DNA of 32,000 bases from Erysipelotrichaceae bacterium MTC7 (GCA_001695645.1 LVZN01000005.1:30001-62000); one strand, 5' to 3'. Counted from the first letter of the stretch, positions 9,025 to 19,192 are shown. A program made the numbers and translations. The notes: generated from the sequence alone by a model not told the origin.

Positions 9025-10347
9025 ATGTTAGATCGTTATTCGAAACCGGAAATGCGTGAAATTTGGAGTGAACAAAACAAATTTGATGCGTACTTAAAAG
9101 TCGAAATCCTTGCTTGTGAAGCTTGGAGTGAAATGGGAGAAATTCCAAAAGCAGATGTACAAAAACTATGGGACAATGCTTCTTTTGACATTGACCGTAT
9201 TTATGAGATTGAAAAAGAAACGCGTCACGATGTGGTTGCATTTACACGTGCTGTAAGTGAAACTTTAGGTGAAGAAAAGAAATGGGTCCACTACGGACTG
9301 ACGAGTACTGATGTTGTGGATACTGCATATGGATATTTATACAAACAAGTGAATGCGATTCTGTATAAAGATTTAGGCGAATTTATGGACGTGTTAAAAG
9401 TCCAAGCCCTTCGCTACAAAAATACACCGATGATGGGAAGAACGCATGGGGTACATGCAGAAATCACAAGTTTTGGTTTAAAATTCTTACTTTGGTTTGA
9501 AGAAATGAAACGTAATTTTAAACGTTTTGAAGAAGCTGCTAAAGGTGTAGAATGTGGAAAAATTTCTGGTGCGGTTGGAACATTTGCCAATACGCCACCA
9601 TTTGTCCAAGACTATGTTTGTGATAAATTGGGTATTGATTCAGCAAAGATTTCAACACAAACACTGCAAAGAGACCGTCATGCAGAATACTTTGCGACAC
9701 TTGCCTTAATTGGTAGTAGTTTAGAAAAAATGGCGACAGAGATTCGTCATCTACAACGTACAGAAGTACGTGAAGCAGAAGAATACTTCCGTAAAGGTCA
9801 AAAAGGAAGTAGTGCAATGCCACACAAGCGTAACCCAATTGGTTCAGAAAATATTGTCGGATGTTCAAGAGTGTTACGTGGGTATATGTTAAGTGCATAC
9901 GAAGATGTACCTTTATGGCATGAACGCGATATTTCACACTCAAGTGTGGAACGTATCATTGCACCAGATGCTACAGAATTATTAGATTACATGTTACGTC
10001 GTTTTACAAACATCCTTGCAAACTTAACGGTGTTTGAAGATAACATGTTAGAAAATATTGGAAAGACATATGGCGTGATTTTCTCACAACGCTTTATGTT
10101 GAAATTAATTGAAAAAGGTTGGTCACGCGAACAAGCATATGACACTGTACAACCAAACGCGATTAAATCATGGGAAAATAAAATCCCATTTAAGGAATTA
10201 ATGGAAGCTGATCCAAAAGTTCGTGAAACACTTACACAAGCTGAAATTGATGACTGTTTTGATCCAATGTATCAACTTAAAAATGTAGATGAAATCTACA
10301 AACGTGTTGGACTGATGTCTGACAATCAAGAAGCGATCGACAAATAA
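9025..10347 (+). CDS. purB: Adenylosuccinate lyase
   Basis: [10 protein letters not shown]...EILACEAW N-terminus and the fumarate-lyase signature [11 protein letters not shown]. Confidence 0.93.
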   Translation: MLDRYSKPEMREIWSEQNKFDAYLKVEILACEAWSEMGEIPKADVQKLWDNASFDIDRIYEIEKETRHDVVAFTRAVSETLGEEKKWVHYGLTSTDVVDTAYGYLYKQVNAILYKDLGEFMDVLKVQALRYKNTPMMGRTHGVHAEITSFGLKFLLWFEEMKRNFKRFEEAAKGVECGKISGAVGTFANTPPFVQDYVCDKLGIDSAKISTQTLQRDRHAEYFATLALIGSSLEKMATEIRHLQRTEVREAEEYFRKGQKGSSAMPHKRNPIGSENIVGCSRVLRGYMLSAYEDVPLWHERDISHSSVERIIAPDATELLDYMLRRFTNILANLTVFEDNMLENIGKTYGVIFSQRFMLKLIEKGWSREQAYDTVQPNAIKSWENKIPFKELMEADPKVRETLTQAEIDDCFDPMYQLKNVDEIYKRVGLMSDNQEAIDK

Positions 10348-10355
10348 GTAAAATA

Positions 10356-10384
10356 AAAACGGTATCTATGTGGGTGCCGTTTTT
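10356..10384 (+). terminator. purB terminator
   Basis: aaacggtatc / ggtgccgttt stem (two GU pairs) followed by a T-run. Confidence 0.6.
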
Positions 10385-10478
10385 AATGTGAATTAATTGA
10401 TGAAAAACTTAAATCTTTATGATAAATTTCTTATATCTCATAAATTACAAATCCTTAACAGAAAGTTGAGGAAAGAAA

Positions 10479-12199
10479 ATGTCATTAAAAAGTCAAGAAA
10501 TTAGAAAAATTGCTCCAGAAATGGATCCATTACGAATGGGGATGGGATGGAGTAGTGAAGATTTAGAAAAGCCGCAGATTATTATTGAAAGTACATATGG
10601 TGATAGTCATCCTGGAAGTGCGCATTTAAATGAACTTGTTCGATGTGCAGAGTTGTCGGTGAATAAAAGTGGTGGAAAAGCCGCGAAATATTACGCCACA
10701 GATATTTGTGATGGAATGGCACAAGGTCATGATGGAATTAATTATTCATTAGTAAGTCGTGATATGATTGCAAATATGATAGAAATTCATGTGAATGCTA
10801 CTACCTTTGATGGTGGAGTTTTTATTGCAAGTTGTGATAAAAGCATGCCAGCGATTTTGATGGGGATTGGTAGAGTGAATATTCCAAGTATTGTGGTAAC
10901 CGGAGGGGTGATGGATGCAGGTCCAGATTTACTTACCTTGGAACAAATTGGCGCATATAGTGCAATGTGTAAACGTGGTGAAATCAGTGAGCAGCAATTG
11001 ACGTACTATAAACAACATGCTTGTCCATCATGTGGAGCTTGTTCGTTTATGGGCACAGCATCAACAATGCAAATTATGGCCGAAGCTTTAGGTTTGATGT
11101 TGCCAGGAAGTGCCTTGATGCCTGCGACATCCGAAGATTTGGTAGAAATTTCAAAGCTAGCTGGAGAACAAGTATTGAAACTTGTAAAGTTGGGATGGAA
11201 ACCTAGTGACATAGTTACTAAAGAAAGTTTCGAAAATGCGGTTATGGTTCATGCTGCAATATCGGGTTCGACAAATAGTCTTTTACATATTCCTGCGATT
11301 GCAAATGAATTTGGTATTGAATTTGATGCAGAAATGTTTGATCAAATGCACAAGAATGCAAAATATTTGTTAGATATTCGCCCAGCAGGTAAATGGCCAA
11401 CGCAGTTTTTCTACTATGCTGGAGGGGTTCCTCGTATTATGGAAGAAATTAAAGAGTTTTTACACTTAGATGTTAAAACTGTTACAGGGAAGACGCTTAA
11501 AGAAAATTTAGAAGAGTGTAAACGTAATGGCTTTTATGAAAAGACAGAAGCATATCTTGAGAAATGGAAACTTAATTCAAGTGATGTCATACATAGTGTC
11601 GATAATCCAATTGGGGTGAATGGAACCATTGCGATTTTAAAAGGTAATCTAGCGCCTGAAGGGGCAGTTGTTAAACATTCAGCAGTTCCTAAAGAGATGT
11701 TCCAAGCAAAATTACGTGCTCGTGTTTCAACTCTGAAGAGGAAGCAATTGATGCCATAATTACAAGAGATATTCACCCAGGAGATGCAGTCATTATTCGC
11801 TATGAAGGACCAAAAGGAAGCGGTATGCCAGAGATGTTTTATACAACCGAAGCGATTTCCTCTGATCCAACTTTAGCAACTACAATTGCATTAATTACGG
11901 ATGGAAGATTTTCTGGAGCAAGCAAAGGTCCAGCGATTGGCCATGTTTCGCCAGAAGCGGTTGATGGAGGACCAATAGCGCTAATTGAAGATGATGATAT
12001 TGTTGAAATTGACATACTTAATCGCTCGTTGAACATAATTGGTGTAAATGGTAATGAATGTACCTTGCATGAAGTGGATTCTATCTTGGAACAAAGAAAG
12101 AAACGTTGGCAAAAGCGAGCAACTAAGTATACGCATGGAGTACTGAAGACGTATACGGAAAATGCAGTATCACCAATGAAAGGTGGATATATTAAATAA
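10479..12199 (+). pseudogene. IlvD/Edd-family (sugar-acid/dihydroxy-acid) dehydratase, split by a 1-nt frameshift near 11725-11728
   Basis: ORF 10479-11759 carries the family N-terminal two-thirds (DICDGMAQGHDGINYSL, ASCDKSMPA). The +1 frame continues the homology without a gap (FNSEEEAIDAI...IRYEGPKGSGMPEM...DGRFSG) to 12199. One extra T in the TTT run at 11725-11727 would restore one ~570-aa ORF. Confidence 0.8.
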
Positions 12200-12204
12200 C
12201 TGGT

Positions 12205-12233
12205 AAAGGGATATTTTTAATCCCTTTTTCTTT
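12205..12233 (+). terminator. Terminator after the dehydratase gene
   Basis: aaaggga / tcccttt stem followed by TTTTTCTTT. Confidence 0.6.
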
Positions 12234-12268
12234 ATGAAAAAAATTCCGTTTTTGTAAATAATTTCAGT

Positions 12269-12282
12269 TGTAAGGGTTTACA
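12269..12282. promoter_or_regulatory. cre-like CcpA operator candidate (TGTAAGGGTTTACA) upstream of the GH4/PTS operon
   Basis: Matches the remembered cre consensus TGWAANCGNTNWCA at 13 of 14 positions. The central C is G here. It is palindromic (TGTAA....TTACA). Confidence 0.4.
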
Positions 12283-12382
12283 ATCAAGAACTTATTAAAG
12301 TGTTTTCATTTTTCTGTGTAAGTGCTATATTGCAATTGTATTCAAAAGGCCGTTGAATAAATCAGAGAAAGGATTAGTAATT

Positions 12383-13708
12383 ATGAGAAAATTTAGCGTA
12401 TGTATTGTTGGTGGAGGAAGTACATTTACTTTGGGATTCTTAAAGTCATTTGTGAGAATGCGAGAACAGTTCCCGCTAAAGAAATTAGTATTATTCGATA
12501 TCGACAAAGAACGTCAAGACATTATAGGTAAATTTGGAGAGATTTTATTTAATGAAAAATTTCCAGAATTAGAATTTGTATATACAACAGATGTTAAAGA
12601 AGCGTATGAAGGAATGGATTTTGTATTTATGCAAATGCGTGCAGGTGGTTTACCAATGCGTGCTAAAGATGAACATATTCCATTATCTATGGGAATGGTT
12701 GGTCAAGAAACGTGTGGAGCAGGAGGAATGGCTTATGGTCTTCGCTCAGTAGTTGATATGATCAAAGCAGTACATGATATTAGAGAATTTGCACCTGCAG
12801 CATGGATCTTAAATTACTCTAATCCCGCAGCGATTGTAGCGGAAGCATTACGTAGAGAATTTCCTAAAGATAAAAGAATCTTAAATATTTGTGATCAACC
12901 AGAAAACGTAGTTCGTTCATGTAGTAGATTGCTAGGAGTTGATTGGGAAACATTAGATCCAATATACTTCGGTTTAAATCACTATGGGTGGTTTACAAAT
13001 ATTTACGACATAAATACAGGAGAAGATTTATTGCCCAAAATTAAAGATTTAATTAGTAAAAATGGATTCTTGCCACAGGATGCAGAACAACGTGATCCAT
13101 CATGGTTAGATACATATGGAATGGTAGAAACATTGATGAAAGATTATCCGGAATTTTTACCAAATACGTATAACCAATACTACTTATATCCAGAATATAA
13201 AGCTTCACACTTAAATCCAGATTTCACACGTGCTGACGAAGTAATGGCAGGTCGTGAAAAACGAGTATTCACTGAGTGTAAAGAAGTAATTGCCGCAGGA
13301 ACACTGGGTGATAAATTTGATGATATTAGCGATGCACATGCAGAAATGATGATTAATGTTGCTGAAGCTATTGCGTATAACAAAAATAACCGCCACATTT
13401 TAATTGTAGAGAACAACGGAGCGATTAATAACATGCAAGATGATGCTATGGTTGAAGTAGTATGTGAACTTGGAGCAAACGGTCCTAGACCGATGCGAGT
13501 AGGAAATATTCCGCAGTTTAACCTTGGGTTGTTAGTAAACCAAGTATCATGTGAAAAACTAATTGTTGATGCATATTTCGAAAACTCATATCAAAAAGCA
13601 TTAGAGGCATTCACTTTGAATCGTATGATCAATGATGGTAAAAAAGCAAGAAAGATTCTTGATGCATTAATTGAAGCAAACAAAGGAATGTGGCCAGATT
13701 TGAAATAA
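12383..13708 (+). CDS. GH4 6-phospho-alpha-glucosidase (GlvA/MalH-like)
   Basis: NAD-binding IVGGGSTFT, then GQETCGAGG and NYSNPAAIVAEA. It has NICDQP, resembling the CDMP signature of alpha-specific GH4 enzymes rather than the CNxP of CelF-type beta enzymes. Start set at the ATG at 12383. Confidence 0.85.
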   Translation: MRKFSVCIVGGGSTFTLGFLKSFVRMREQFPLKKLVLFDIDKERQDIIGKFGEILFNEKFPELEFVYTTDVKEAYEGMDFVFMQMRAGGLPMRAKDEHIPLSMGMVGQETCGAGGMAYGLRSVVDMIKAVHDIREFAPAAWILNYSNPAAIVAEALRREFPKDKRILNICDQPENVVRSCSRLLGVDWETLDPIYFGLNHYGWFTNIYDINTGEDLLPKIKDLISKNGFLPQDAEQRDPSWLDTYGMVETLMKDYPEFLPNTYNQYYLYPEYKASHLNPDFTRADEVMAGREKRVFTECKEVIAAGTLGDKFDDISDAHAEMMINVAEAIAYNKNNRHILIVENNGAINNMQDDAMVEVVCELGANGPRPMRVGNIPQFNLGLLVNQVSCEKLIVDAYFENSYQKALEAFTLNRMINDGKKARKILDALIEANKGMWPDLK

Positions 13709-13736
13709 CCAAACAAAATATAAAAGGGGTCTAAAG

Positions 13737-15263
13737 ATGAAAAGAAGAATTATGGATTTTTTATCAGCGCTTGGCCGTAGTTTGATGATGCCTATTGCAG
13801 CGTTAGCTGCTTGTGGGATTGTTCTTGGATTAACTGCTGCGTTGTTAAAACCACAAGTTATTGAAGTATTACCATTTCTAGCAAATGGTGGAGTAAGTTA
13901 TATCATAACTATGCTAAACAAAGTTTCTGGTGTAGTGTTTACTCTAATTCCAGTTTTATTTTCAATTTCAATTGCATTTGGAATGGCAAAAGAAGATAAA
14001 GAGATCGCAGCATTTGCTGGATTTATCGGTTATTATACATTCTTAGTAAGTTCAAGTGTAATGATAAGTTCAGGAATTATGGATTTTAGCGCAATGAAAA
14101 TCTCAGCTATCTTAGGAGTAGAAACTGTAGATATGGGAGCTGTTGCGGGAATCCTAATAGGTGTAGTCGTAGCTGCTTTACATAATAGGTTTCATAAAAT
14201 TGTCTTCCCTGTTGCGATTGCATTTTACGGGGGAAAACGATTTGTTTCAATTATCGTAATATTAGTCGCTGCACTACTTGGACAAGTTATGCCAATTGTG
14301 TGGGAACCAGTTTCAATGGGGATTAATGCACTGGGTACTGCAATTGGAGAAGCAGGAGCATTTGGGGTATTTATCTTCGGTTTCTTAGAACGACTATTAA
14401 TACCTACTGGTCTTCACCATGTATTAAATGGTGTATTTAGAACAACTGCTGTAGGTGGAATATATGAAGGAGTTGAGGGATGTTTAAATATATTCTTACA
14501 ATTCTTTGATAAAGTTCCAATCGAAACTATGCGTCCTTTCACTCAATTTTTAGGACAAGGAAAAATGCCGTTTATGATGTTTGGATTACCAGCAGCGGCA
14601 CTTGCAATTTATAAAACGTCACCACAAGAGAAAAAAGCAAGAGTTAAAGCTTTGCTTCTTGCTGGAGTTGCAGCTTGTGTGATTTCTGGAATTACTGAGC
14701 CAGTTGAATTTGCATTTATGTTTATTGCTCCACCATTATTCTTATTCCATGCAGTTATGGGTGGTATATCATTCATGCTTATGTCTGTATTAGGTGTTAT
14801 TGTAGGAAATACTGGAGGAGGAGTCATTGATTTCTTTATCTGGGGTGTTTTACAACCAGGTTCCAACTGGTATTGGATTGTAATTGTTGGACTGTTCTAT
14901 ATGCCAATCTACTACTTTACTTTCAAATGGTATCTGACAAAAAAATCTTTGTCTATTGATGTAGAGGAAGAAGAGGTAGTTGAAGGAGAGTATTTAGAAG
15001 GTGAAGAAAAAGCACTAGGAGATCCAATTGGACTTATGGTAATAGAAGGTTTAGGTGGATATGAAAATATAAAAACTGTGAACAATTGTATTTCTCGATT
15101 AAGAGTAGACGTAGTTGATATGTCAAAAGTTGACGAAAAATTACTAAGAAAAACAGGATCTGCAGGAATTATTAAGCCTTCGGAAACACATATTCAAGTT
15201 GTATATGGACCAAAAGTAGAAAAGGTTGCAAATGCTGTGAAATCAGCAATGGCAGTAAGGTAA
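13737..15263 (+). CDS. PTS EIICB component, glucose/maltose/alpha-glucoside family
   Basis: EIIC N-terminus FLSALGRSLMMPIAALAACGIVLGL. C-terminal EIIB domain with phospho-Cys motif NNCISRLRVDV. Confidence 0.9.
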   Translation: MKRRIMDFLSALGRSLMMPIAALAACGIVLGLTAALLKPQVIEVLPFLANGGVSYIITMLNKVSGVVFTLIPVLFSISIAFGMAKEDKEIAAFAGFIGYYTFLVSSSVMISSGIMDFSAMKISAILGVETVDMGAVAGILIGVVVAALHNRFHKIVFPVAIAFYGGKRFVSIIVILVAALLGQVMPIVWEPVSMGINALGTAIGEAGAFGVFIFGFLERLLIPTGLHHVLNGVFRTTAVGGIYEGVEGCLNIFLQFFDKVPIETMRPFTQFLGQGKMPFMMFGLPAAALAIYKTSPQEKKARVKALLLAGVAACVISGITEPVEFAFMFIAPPLFLFHAVMGGISFMLMSVLGVIVGNTGGGVIDFFIWGVLQPGSNWYWIVIVGLFYMPIYYFTFKWYLTKKSLSIDVEEEEVVEGEYLEGEEKALGDPIGLMVIEGLGGYENIKTVNNCISRLRVDVVDMSKVDEKLLRKTGSAGIIKPSETHIQVVYGPKVEKVANAVKSAMAVR

Positions 15264-15290
15264 AAAAAGAGCAACGAAAGTTGCTCTTAC
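15262..15290. terminator. Bidirectional terminator between PTS EIICB (+) and the RpiR genes (-)
   Basis: agagcaac gaaa gttgctct is a perfect 8-bp stem. An A7 run lies upstream, giving a T7 run on the minus strand. Confidence 0.7.
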
Positions 15291-16030
15291 TTATTATTTA
15301 GCATGTATGCAGAACTATACATCTCAATAATGATTTGGGTGATAGTTAGCATCCCAATACGTGGGTTAATATCCTTATCATGAAACATGAAATTATCTTC
15401 TTTTACACAGTAGACAGCATCACAATATGAAGCTAATCGTGAATCTTTCTTTGTTGTTATTAGAATCAGAGTACCTTTCATATGATGTATTTTCTCAGCT
15501 AGTTTCTTGTATCTGTCATACGAAGAATCACCGCTAAAGATAATGAAGAGAGTGCCTTCTTTCATTGACTCACTTAAACTATATAAGACATGGCGATCTC
15601 CTATTAAGATACATGGGCGATCAGCTGTTGTAAGGTTAACATGCAAATATTTAGCACAAATATAGTTAAGACCACTCCCGTGGATATATAAAGAACTATC
15701 ACATTTGATTAAAGAAAGAATTTTCTCTAGAGAATGGACATCTACATCTTCCGTTGTTTTATTAAACAGGGTGATGATATTTGATTTATTTGCATTTCCT
15801 TCAGCTTGTAACAGTTGTTGCTTGATTTGGTATTTCAAATCATGAAAACCAGAGAAACCAAGTTTAATACAAAAGCGTGTCATAGTCGCACTAGAGACGA
15901 ATGAGTTTTCACTTATTTTTTGAGCACTCATATAAGGGATGCTTTCAATGTTTTCATGTAAATATGTTAAAAGTTCACGTTCGCTTTCTGTTAGTTGTAA
16001 TGTATATGCTTTTTCAATTATTTGTATCAT
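15287..16030 (-). CDS. MurR/RpiR-family transcriptional regulator (HTH + SIS)
   Basis: N-terminal HTH_6-like region (LLTYLHENIESIPYMSAQKISENSFVSSATMTRFCIKLGFSGFHDLK) followed by a SIS-like C-terminal part. GGAGGT lies 5 nt before the ATG at 16030. Confidence 0.85.
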   Translation of the reverse strand: MIQIIEKAYTLQLTESERELLTYLHENIESIPYMSAQKISENSFVSSATMTRFCIKLGFSGFHDLKYQIKQQLLQAEGNANKSNIITLFNKTTEDVDVHSLEKILSLIKCDSSLYIHGSGLNYICAKYLHVNLTTADRPCILIGDRHVLYSLSESMKEGTLFIIFSGDSSYDRYKKLAEKIHHMKGTLILITTKKDSRLASYCDAVYCVKEDNFMFHDKDINPRIGMLTITQIIIEMYSSAYMLNNK

Positions 16031-16802
16031 GATGTACCTCCGATTCTTGCAGTGAAGCTACATAGGTTTGCAGTAAATCGTTTACTACATAGAAGATGGG
16101 TAATCTTGATGTAAAGTCAGTATTAATGTTTTTTCTTTGATATGTAAAAAAACGAAGGCTAACATCAGATAAAGCTGCAATATTGTTTTTTTGAAAAGGT
16201 GTAATTGATAAAACTTTGACATTATGAAATTTAGCAGTTTTAACAATTTCAAAAGCAGGTCCAAAATTTCCACTCGCACTTATCATCAATAACAAGTCAT
16301 TCTGGTTAAGTTTTTCTACGACGTGTTTTAGTTGATGTTCAGCATCATATTTATAAACATTTTGTCGACCAATGGTAAACAGGTACTTTTCAACATAATC
16401 AACAATGACTCCAGTTAGACCGCTACTATCAAATAAATGGATGCTTTGTGTTGTAGTTAATAAATCTACAGCCTTGGCTATATCGCCTTCATTTAGAACT
16501 CTCATTGTTCCGTCAATATCGTAAGACAAATCTGATAGAATGAGATTAATATTTGTATTTTCAACGACAGGTGGCTCACTTCTTTCGTTTGGAGCTTTCA
16601 ATGAAAATTTGAGTTCAGCAAATCCTGAAAAACCAATTTTCTTACAAAAACGAATGATAGATGACGGTGAAAAGTTGACTGTATTTGCAAACTCTTGCAC
16701 GCTCATTGAATGTACATCATCAACATGTGTATATATGTAATCTAAAATTTTCAATTCACTTTTATTTAAGTTGTCTACAGGAATAGATCTAATATCGTTC
16801 AT
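16014..16802 (-). CDS. MurR/RpiR-family transcriptional regulator (HTH + SIS), paralogue of the downstream gene
   Basis: ELKILDYIYTHVDDVHSMSVQEFANTVNFSPSSIIRFCKKIGFSGFAELK followed by a SIS-like region. Overlaps the next RpiR gene by 17 nt. Confidence 0.85.
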   Translation of the reverse strand: MNDIRSIPVDNLNKSELKILDYIYTHVDDVHSMSVQEFANTVNFSPSSIIRFCKKIGFSGFAELKFSLKAPNERSEPPVVENTNINLILSDLSYDIDGTMRVLNEGDIAKAVDLLTTTQSIHLFDSSGLTGVIVDYVEKYLFTIGRQNVYKYDAEHQLKHVVEKLNQNDLLLMISASGNFGPAFEIVKTAKFHNVKVLSITPFQKNNIAALSDVSLRFFTYQRKNINTDFTSRLPIFYVVNDLLQTYVASLQESEVHHDTNN

Positions 16803-16850
16803 ATGTTACCTCGTACAAATTATACCATACTCAAAATGAAAGGAGAAAAA

Positions 16851-17774
16851 ATGGATTTCGGTGTTTTATTAAAAACAATGCTTCAATTATTCGCACTTAT
16901 ATTAGTTGGAGTGTACTTAAGAAGAAAACATGTATTAAACGAACAAAGTGCAAAACCTATTTCATACATTGTTGCAAATATACTCACGCCAGCGATGGTT
17001 CTTGCATCATCTACAAATCCGAATACGCTTGATAATTCTGATATGATCATTTGCTTAATACTTGGAGTTTTTCTATATGTCACTTTCATTGTTATTGCAA
17101 AAATTGTAATTCGTTTGTTTTTTAAAGAAGACAAACAAAGTTCAATTTACCAAGTGATGTTGATTTTCTCGAACATTGCATTTATTGGTTATCCACTCTT
17201 AAGGGTCATGTATGGTGAATATGCAGTATTTGTGTTTACTGTGATGCATTTACCGTTCAATCTTCTTATATATACGTATGGAGTATATTTACTCAGTAAA
17301 GATTCAATAAAAAAAGACATGAAGAGTTATGTAAAACTATTTTTATCTCCTGGTGTATTTGCATCGTTTGTAGGTTTGGTATGTTTTTTTACAAGTATTC
17401 AACTTCCAAATGTTTTGACAGGAGTATTTGATTTGCTGGGCGATGCAACAGTACCGCTAAGTATGATTATAGTAGGTGTGAATATAAATTTCAGTTCTTC
17501 TATTACAAGTAATGAGAAAATTTCGTTGTGTAAATTGCTTTTCCTTAAACTTTTACTTTTTCCGTTACTTGGATATCTACTAGTTCAGTATTTAGATGTG
17601 AGTACGTTCATGAAAGAGTTGCTAATGTTTTCTTTCATGTTGCCGTCGGGTTCATTGGCGCTAATGCTAGGAATGGAATACAACATAGATATGCGAATAT
17701 CAACTATATGCATATCATTAACTACGCTTATTTCAGTGGTGAGTATACCACTATACATATTTATATTATTTTAA
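16851..17774 (+). CDS. AEC (auxin efflux carrier) family transporter
   Basis: About 307 aa, polytopic and hydrophobic. The N-terminus MDFGVLLKTMLQLFALILVGVYLRRK is typical of AEC/malate-permease-like proteins. AAAGGAG lies 5 nt before the ATG at 16851. Confidence 0.75.
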   Translation: MDFGVLLKTMLQLFALILVGVYLRRKHVLNEQSAKPISYIVANILTPAMVLASSTNPNTLDNSDMIICLILGVFLYVTFIVIAKIVIRLFFKEDKQSSIYQVMLIFSNIAFIGYPLLRVMYGEYAVFVFTVMHLPFNLLIYTYGVYLLSKDSIKKDMKSYVKLFLSPGVFASFVGLVCFFTSIQLPNVLTGVFDLLGDATVPLSMIIVGVNINFSSSITSNEKISLCKLLFLKLLLFPLLGYLLVQYLDVSTFMKELLMFSFMLPSGSLALMLGMEYNIDMRISTICISLTTLISVVSIPLYIFILF

Positions 17775-17789
17775 GAAAAGAGGAAAGTT

Positions 17790-18269
17790 ATGTTTAAATT
17801 ATTCAAAAAAGAGAAAAGTCAAAATGTGTATTCACCAATGAATGGTAAATATGTAGCATTAGAAAATGTAAAGGATGAAGTGTTTGCATCCAAGATGATG
17901 GGCGATGGTTTCGCAATTGAACCTGATGAATTGAAAATCTTTGCTCCGTTAAATGGAAAAGTTTCGATGGTTGCAAAGACAAAACATGCAATTGGAATTA
18001 CGACGAACGATGGTATAGAATTATTAATTCACTTTGGTTTAGATACAGTTGCTCTAAATGGCGAGGGCATGAATGTTCTTGTGAATGAAGGTGATGAAGT
18101 AGTACGCGGAATGCAACTCATGGAAGGAGATGCAAACTTTCTGAAGCAAAAGCAAATTGATGTGACAACTATGGTTATTTTAATGAGCGAAAGTAAAATA
18201 AGCAAAAGATTAGAAACTGACAAAAATGTGAGCATTGATGATGTGATTATGGTGTGTGATAAGAAATGA
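17790..18269 (+). CDS. PTS EIIA component, glucose family
   Basis: FASKMMGDGFAIEP, KHAIGI and LIHFGLDTVALNGEG (the two EIIA-Glc His regions). Confidence 0.9.
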   Translation: MFKLFKKEKSQNVYSPMNGKYVALENVKDEVFASKMMGDGFAIEPDELKIFAPLNGKVSMVAKTKHAIGITTNDGIELLIHFGLDTVALNGEGMNVLVNEGDEVVRGMQLMEGDANFLKQKQIDVTTMVILMSESKISKRLETDKNVSIDDVIMVCDKK

Positions 18270-18740
18270 TGAAGATCGTATTTGCATGTGATTCTTTTAA
18301 AGAAAGCATGTCTGCACATCATGCATGTTTAGCAGCAAAACGGGGTTTTGATCGAGTGTTTGGAAACGATTATTTACCAATACTCATTCTTATGTCTGAT
18401 GGTGGAGAAGGAATGTTGGATTCTATTCCTCCTACTCTACAAGGCAGAATAGAAAGTATGTACACGTTTGAGTTAGCTGGAAAACCAATCGAAGCTAGAT
18501 ATGGATGGATAGAAAAATCAAAAACTGCAATCATCGAATCCGCATACACTTGTGGATTAACTCTTATAAAAAAAGAAGACAGGAATCCATTATTGAAACA
18601 ACATACGGATTGGGGTTAATGATTTCGAGGTTAGTGGATAAAGGAGCCAAGCACATAGTTATTGGCCTTGGCGGTACAGGAACTAATGATGGAGGTCTTG
18701 GATGTATTTGTGCATTAGGTGAAGTTCCTATTTGTGAAGT
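18266..18740 (+). pseudogene. Glycerate kinase remnant (N-terminal ~155 codons only, with an internal 1-nt frameshift near 18595)
   Basis: MKIVFACDSFKESMSA...SDGGEGM is the GlxK/GarK N-terminus. That frame stops at 18619. The homology continues in the overlapping frame (ETTYGLGLMI...IVIGLGGTGTNDGGLG) and then ends. The junction position (~18720-18760) is approximate. Confidence 0.75.
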
Positions 18741-19116
18741 TAAGGATGTATCTTCAGCATTGGTACTAGCAAAACAATTACAAACACGTTTCAATTTCAG
18801 TCACGTTGCTATAACGTTAAGAGAATCTATAAGCGCATCCGATAATCGTTGGTCAGCCATGCTGTATACAAATGGTAAAGCATATTTTTCTAAAAAGTAT
18901 GGCTTACGCATTACTGACCGTGTTGGTGGCGGTGATAGTTTTGGTGGTGGATTAATCTACGCATTACTTAACAAGTATAGTGAACAAGATACGATTGAAT
19001 TTGCGGTTGCTGCAAGTGCACTAAAACACTCAATTCAAGGTGACTTTAACTTGGTGAGTGTTGAAGAAGTAAAAACATTAGCGTCGGGCGATGGTTCTGG
19101 ACGCGTACAAAGATAA
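18741..19116 (+). pseudogene. PfkB-family 2-dehydro-3-deoxygluconokinase-like C-terminal fragment, fused in frame to the glycerate kinase remnant
   Basis: VAITLRESISASDNRWSAMLY...DRVGGGDSFGGGLIYALL...EFAVAASALKHSIQGDFN...GDGSGRVQR matches my memory of the C-terminal third of Firmicute KdgK-type sugar kinases. The N-terminal two-thirds are absent. Confidence 0.7.
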
Positions 19117-19160
19117 AAAGATTTATTTATTGTGAAATAGAAACTGTATTAGAGAAAATC

Positions 19161-19192
19161 AAGGTGTGTACAAGTGCGTAGACACCTTTTTA
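19161..19192 (+). terminator. Terminator after the kinase remnants
   Basis: aaggtgt...acacctt stem with an inner 3 bp, followed by TTTTT. Confidence 0.6.

Noticed and set aside
11700-11830. Programmed ribosomal frameshift joining the two dehydratase ORFs.
   Set aside because: There is no recognisable slippery heptamer with a downstream stimulatory structure. A 1-nt change in a short T-run is more simply explained as a mutation or a homopolymer sequencing error.
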